Source: Candidatus Methanomethylophilaceae archaeon | GTDB taxonomy: Archaea; Thermoplasmatota; Thermoplasmata; Methanomassiliicoccales; Methanomethylophilaceae | Reading direction: 5' to 3' | DNA: 37,868 nucleotides | NCBI GenBank assembly: GCA_017395275.1 | Contig: JAFPVN010000164.1 | Coordinates: 1 to 37,868 of the forward strand | Shown here: positions 34,240-37,868 of the stretch, one piece after another | How the letters are laid out: each line of letters begins with the position of its first letter | How positions within the stretch are numbered: position 1 is the first letter of the stretch | The notes under the pieces: model-generated | Database searches by the model: none | What the model was told of the DNA's origin: nothing | Seen by the model: the letters and a program-made list of their open reading frames with translations, nothing else | Translations under genes and position numbers: made by a program

Positions 34240-35481
34240 TTACTCAACCCTCGGGATTGTTACGCTTCCGTCGGAGAGGATCAGCACCCTCGCCTCCGGG
34301 TTCTCTTCGAGCGCCTTCTTCACCGCCGCCTCCACGGAAGGGAACGGCGTGATGTTCGCCGAAGCTATGAGCTCGGGATCCAGGTCGGTGACCGCCCAGA
34401 TGTCCGCCCAGACGGCGATCTCCGCCATCTTCGCGGCCTTGTGGTAGCCGAGCTTGTACTCTGATTTCAGGTTCTCCAGGACCTGCTTGGGGTCCTTGGA
34501 CGAAGAGAGCTGCGTGAGGAAGGTGGCGTGTCCCACTCCCTCCCTGCACTTGGAGACCATGATGATCTTCCCGCCCTCCTTGAGCGCCCACTTGCCGTTG
34601 TCCAGCGCCTTCTGGGACTGGTAGAGGTCCACGTCCATCGGATAGGGCGCGACGGAGATGACAACGTCCGCCTTCTCCGGGATCGGCACGACGAAGACCT
34701 TGTTGGCCCACTCGACCGCCTGGGCGAACGCCTTGTTGATGTCCCCCGAGGCGACCTTGTAGATGTTCTGGTGCCTGTCCAGCACCATCTGGATGGTGAA
34801 GATCTTCTTCCCCTTGACCTGCTCCAGCGCATCCATCATGTCCTCGTGGACGGGGTTGCCCTCGAGCACCAGGGACTGGGCCTCCTTGTTCATGGCGAGC
34901 TTGTGGTTGGTCTCGATGGTCCTGAACGAGGCCACTCCGGGCAGGAAGGACTTCCTCCCTCCGGTGTATCCGGCGAAGTAGTGCGGTTCGACGCTGGTGA
35001 TTATGACGAGCCTGTCGGCGTCCACGGCGATCTTGTTGACCTCCATGGGGGTCCCGCTCTTGGCGTCGCCGAGGTATACGCACTCGGATTTCTTCGCGTC
35101 GTGGGCGATGATGCGGTCCTTGAGCTCCTGGTAATGGGAACCGAAGACGTTGTTGTACTCCTCTTCGGTCATGTCCCTGTGGGTACCGGTGGCGATGAGG
35201 TATCTGGCCTTCCTGAGGTCCATCCTCTTGGCCAGCGCGTCCAGGACCTTCGCGGTGGGCGTCGGCCTGGTACCGTCGTTGACGATGAAAACGATGTCCT
35301 CCCCTCCCTCGAGGAACTTGTCGAGGGACTCGCTGCCGATGGGGGCGTCGATGGACGCTCCGATGATCTCGTCGGGGGCGCCTATCTCCACATCGTTGGG
35401 GCTGAACGTTCCGATGTAGTTCCTGTCGGGGATCTCGACTCTCTGGACCCCGTCTCTTCCGTACCTTATGTCTGCGAACAT
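34240..35481 (-). CDS. LarA-like nickel-pincer-cofactor-dependent 2-hydroxyacid racemase/epimerase (DUF2088)
   Basis: ORF 34240..35502 starts with TTG and was trimmed to ATG 35479-35481 (MFADIRYG...). By-eye alignment to L. plantarum LarA keeps NDGTRPTP, ATGTHR, EPHYFAGYTGGRKS (with the Lys that binds the cofactor), and NH. Confidence 0.85.
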   Translation of the reverse strand: MFADIRYGRDGVQRVEIPDRNYIGTFSPNDVEIGAPDEIIGASIDAPIGSESLDKFLEGGEDIVFIVNDGTRPTPTAKVLDALAKRMDLRKARYLIATGTHRDMTEEEYNNVFGSHYQELKDRIIAHDAKKSECVYLGDAKSGTPMEVNKIAVDADRLVIITSVEPHYFAGYTGGRKSFLPGVASFRTIETNHKLAMNKEAQSLVLEGNPVHEDMMDALEQVKGKKIFTIQMVLDRHQNIYKVASGDINKAFAQAVEWANKVFVVPIPEKADVVISVAPYPMDVDLYQSQKALDNGKWALKEGGKIIMVSKCREGVGHATFLTQLSSSKDPKQVLENLKSEYKLGYHKAAKMAEIAVWADIWAVTDLDPELIASANITPFPSVEAAVKKALEENPEARVLILSDGSVTIPRVE

Positions 35482-35577
35482 GATTTGGACCGGTCCGAAC
35501 AACCCGATGACGGTATATAAGGTTTTGATACGCGCGCCTACAACAGATTATAAACGGGGATGCGGTTAAACCGTTGG

Positions 35578-36519
35578 ATGCCGACATTCGAGGAAGTGGG
35601 CGAGAGGGCTCTGGTCGGGATGATCAGGGGCATCGTTGCGAGGGAAGGCTGTCCGGACAATCTGGACGATGACGCCGCAGTGATAGCCATGCCCTCCGGC
35701 GACCTCGTGGTGTGCACCGACTCACTCACCTTCGACCGCCACATGCCCGAGGGCATGACCTACGAGCAGTTCGGATGGATGTGCGGCGCAGCCAACGTCA
35801 GCGACCTCGCAAGCATGGGCGCAAGGCCCACGGGACTGTTGGCATCGATGAATGTGCCAGTATCCATGGATGTGGCCGATATCTGCGAAATCGTGAGCGG
35901 CATAGACCAATGCGCGGAGTTCGCCGGGACGTACGTCATAGGCGGCGACACGAAGCCCGGGAACGGGACGGTCGCCGTCACGGCCATAGGGTCCATGGAG
36001 GGACGCAGGCCGATGACCCGCAGCGGAGCGAGGACGGGAGATGTCATAGCCGTCACGGGACCGCTGGGGGGTCCGGCGGCGGGGTTCCACGCGATCAGGA
36101 ACGGCATCGAATTGAAGGAATCCGTGGACTGCCTGATGGAGCCCATCCCCCGCGTGGAGGAGGGCATCGCCATGGCGGAATCCGGATTGGTGACATCTTG
36201 CATGGACCTCTCCGACGGACTGTCCACATGCGTCAACACCCTCTGCAGGGCCAGCAGGGTGGGCGCGATCATAGAATGGGACCTGCTCCCGATGGAGGAG
36301 GGGGTCCGCGTGATAAACAAGGCCCTGGGGATACCGGAGAAGGACATGGTCATGGACTGGGGCGGGGAGTACGAGCTCCTGTTCACGTTCGACAGGAGAG
36401 ATATAGACGCAATGACCGACACGGGCGTGGACTTCCACATCATCGGATTGGTCACGGACAATGACTGCCTGCTCCACAGGGACGAGAAGTACGAGGTGAT
36501 CGGCGATGGGCGCTATTAG
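35578..36519 (+). CDS. thiL: thiamine-monophosphate kinase (AIR-synthase-related fold)
   Basis: ORF 35560..36519 trimmed to ATG 35578, about 27 nt downstream of TTATAAAC. Motifs are VGERALV, DDDAAVI, CTDSLTFDRH, NVSDLASMGARP, IGGDT and GDVIAVTGPLGG. It ends with TAG. Confidence 0.8.
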   Translation: MPTFEEVGERALVGMIRGIVAREGCPDNLDDDAAVIAMPSGDLVVCTDSLTFDRHMPEGMTYEQFGWMCGAANVSDLASMGARPTGLLASMNVPVSMDVADICEIVSGIDQCAEFAGTYVIGGDTKPGNGTVAVTAIGSMEGRRPMTRSGARTGDVIAVTGPLGGPAAGFHAIRNGIELKESVDCLMEPIPRVEEGIAMAESGLVTSCMDLSDGLSTCVNTLCRASRVGAIIEWDLLPMEEGVRVINKALGIPEKDMVMDWGGEYELLFTFDRRDIDAMTDTGVDFHIIGLVTDNDCLLHRDEKYEVIGDGRY

Positions 36520-37522
36520 TCCCGTGTCCATCGAGGCCAGGTATTACACCAGGGACGGCGACGCATACATATGCCGGCTGTGCCCCCACGGCTGCAGGAT
36601 CCCCGTGGGCGGTACCGGGAGGTGCGGGACCCGCAGGGGGGAGAGGGACTACCTTGAGGCCAACACCTACGGCAGGGTGTCGTCCATCGGCTACGACCCG
36701 GTGGAGAAGAAGCCGCTGTACCACTTCCACCCCAAGGAGAAGACGTTCTCCGTCGGGAGCATAGGATGCAACATGCGCTGCAGGCACTGCCAGAACTACG
36801 CCATATCGCAGTCGTTCTCCGGCAAGAAGAGGAGCACCTACAAGTCCCCCGAGAGCATCGTCGAGATGTGCCGCGGCGACGGCATGGACATAATAGCGTT
36901 CACGTACAACGAGCCCACCACGTGGATGGAGTACATCCTCGACGTGAGGAGGCTGGCGCCGGAGATGAAGATCATACTGGTGACCAACGGGCTGGTCAAC
37001 GAGGAACCGCTGAGGGACCTCATCGGCGCGGCGGATGCGTTCAACATCGACGTGAAGGGGTTCACCGACGAGTTCTACGTCAACATATGCGGTGCGCACC
37101 TGAATGACGTGCTTAGGACGGTCAGGACGGTGTTCGATTCCGGGAGACATCTGGAGCTCACGTATCTGATCATCCCGGGTCACAACGACAGCAAGAAGGA
37201 GATCGGGGAATTCTGCGACTGGGTGCTGAGTGAGCTGTCGGCCGACGTCCCGGTGCATTTCACCAGATTCCATCCAGACAACGAGATGGATGACGTGCCG
37301 TGGACCCCCGAATCCACTTTGGAATGGGCGAGGGACACCGCCATGTCGAAGGGACTGCATTACGTGTACATAGGCAACCTGATGACCGAGAACGGCAGCG
37401 ATACGATATGCCCCCAATGCGGGAGCGCCGTGGTCACGAGACTCGGGTACCTGGTGGACACCGACGGCCTCGACGGCACCAGATGCAGGAAGTGCGGCGC
37501 GCAGCTCCCGTTCGTCAGATAA
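36506..37522 (+). CDS. AmmeMemoRadiSam-system radical SAM enzyme
   Basis: 338 aa with motifs CRLCPHGCRIPVGGTGRCGTR, DPVEKKPLYHFHP and GCNMRCRHCQNYAISQS (CxxxCxxC). A C-terminal ribbon CPQCG...CRKCG follows. GAGGTGAT lies 5 nt upstream, and the gene overlaps thiL by 14 nt. Confidence 0.85.
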   Translation: MGAISPVSIEARYYTRDGDAYICRLCPHGCRIPVGGTGRCGTRRGERDYLEANTYGRVSSIGYDPVEKKPLYHFHPKEKTFSVGSIGCNMRCRHCQNYAISQSFSGKKRSTYKSPESIVEMCRGDGMDIIAFTYNEPTTWMEYILDVRRLAPEMKIILVTNGLVNEEPLRDLIGAADAFNIDVKGFTDEFYVNICGAHLNDVLRTVRTVFDSGRHLELTYLIIPGHNDSKKEIGEFCDWVLSELSADVPVHFTRFHPDNEMDDVPWTPESTLEWARDTAMSKGLHYVYIGNLMTENGSDTICPQCGSAVVTRLGYLVDTDGLDGTRCRKCGAQLPFVR

Positions 37523-37847
37523 ACAGGAACAGGGGGTTGCCCAGCAGTATGATTGCCGCATAGGCGACCGTTATCGGGATCAGGAACGGGATTATCGGCG
37601 TGACCCACACCTTAGTCCTCCCGGCGTTGCGCAGCCTCCGGTAGACGTCGGGGTCCTCGGTGCCCGACATGCACACGGTGACCTCGTTCCCGAACGCGTC
37701 CTCCATCGGCCACACGTGGGAACGTTCGGCCCTGTCGATGTCCATCCTGAAGCCCGCCATCATCAAAGGGAATTCGGTGTCGTGCCTTACGATATTCGTA
37801 ATCATGTAAGGTATCACCAAAAGCACCGAGAGGATTGCCGCAAGCAT
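37515..37847 (-). CDS. hypothetical membrane protein (may extend past the window edge)
   Basis: 110 aa from ATG 37845-37847, with two hydrophobic segments at the ends. The frame stays open to base 37868, so the true start may lie outside the window. Confidence 0.4.
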   Translation of the reverse strand: MLAAILSVLLVIPYMITNIVRHDTEFPLMMAGFRMDIDRAERSHVWPMEDAFGNEVTVCMSGTEDPDVYRRLRNAGRTKVWVTPIIPFLIPITVAYAAIILLGNPLFLFI

Positions 37848-37868
37848 GAAGACGGCAAACGCGGGAAC

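Noticed and set aside
36517-36519. The TAG stop of thiL could be a pyrrolysine read-through site, since Methanomassiliicoccales-type methanogens decode UAG as Pyl.
   Set aside because: ThiL is full-length at this point. The read-through frame gives about 40 residues of unrelated sequence overlapping the radical SAM gene. No PYLIS-like context or methylamine methyltransferase gene is present in the window.
1-37868. Search for CRISPR arrays, rRNA genes, IS elements, transposases, integrases, prophage blocks, toxin-antitoxin pairs and restriction-modification genes.
   Set aside because: I saw no regularly spaced direct repeats, no rRNA-like sequence, and no ORF with transposase, integrase or methyltransferase motifs. 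The lone YqaJ-like gene is insufficient to call a mobile element.

Overview
Dense, GC-rich archaeal chromosomal segment with about 50 protein genes, one tRNA and very little non-coding DNA. Many genes look leaderless, with a TATA-like box about 25 nt upstream of the ATG. All calls rest on motif recognition by eye in the supplied ORF translations, with hand-checked start and stop codons. No database search was possible. The gene content suggests a Thermoplasmata / Methanomassiliicoccales-type methanogen (inference). Main blocks are as follows. (1) An mvhA-mvhG-mvhD-hdrA [NiFe]-hydrogenase / heterodisulfide reductase operon (5605-11768, minus) with an unusually long, internally duplicated HdrA and an N-terminally extended MvhG. 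(2) The classical archaeal proteasome/exosome superoperon pop5-psmA-SBDS-rrp4-rrp41-rrp42-L37Ae-rpoP-pcc1-pfdB (12638-17652, plus), preceded by a membrane-anchored C4HC3 zinc-finger protein. (3) An L18e-L13-S9-rpoN-tRNA-Pro block (26780-28293, minus). (4) Housekeeping, transport and repair genes: S8e, SRP19, Nnr, TyrRS, an ABC-2 transporter, Hpt, a TctA-like permease, a Na/Pi-PhoU transporter, FolP, ThiL and an AmmeMemoRadiSam radical SAM enzyme. The standout is a tightly coupled four-gene minus-strand operon at 30092-32113. It encodes an E1-like adenylating enzyme, a ubiquitin-like beta-grasp protein with an internal Gly-Gly, a canonical UBC-fold E2 with an HPN motif and catalytic Cys, and a JAMM/MPN metalloprotease. 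This is a eukaryote-type ubiquitylation cassette in a methanogen-type genome. Secondary points of interest are a LarA-like / HdrD-like / FolP operon, an orphan YqaJ-type exonuclease, shared TATA boxes between divergent leaderless genes, and convergent genes abutting on the palindrome TGATCA. I saw no CRISPR array, rRNA, transposase or integrase.
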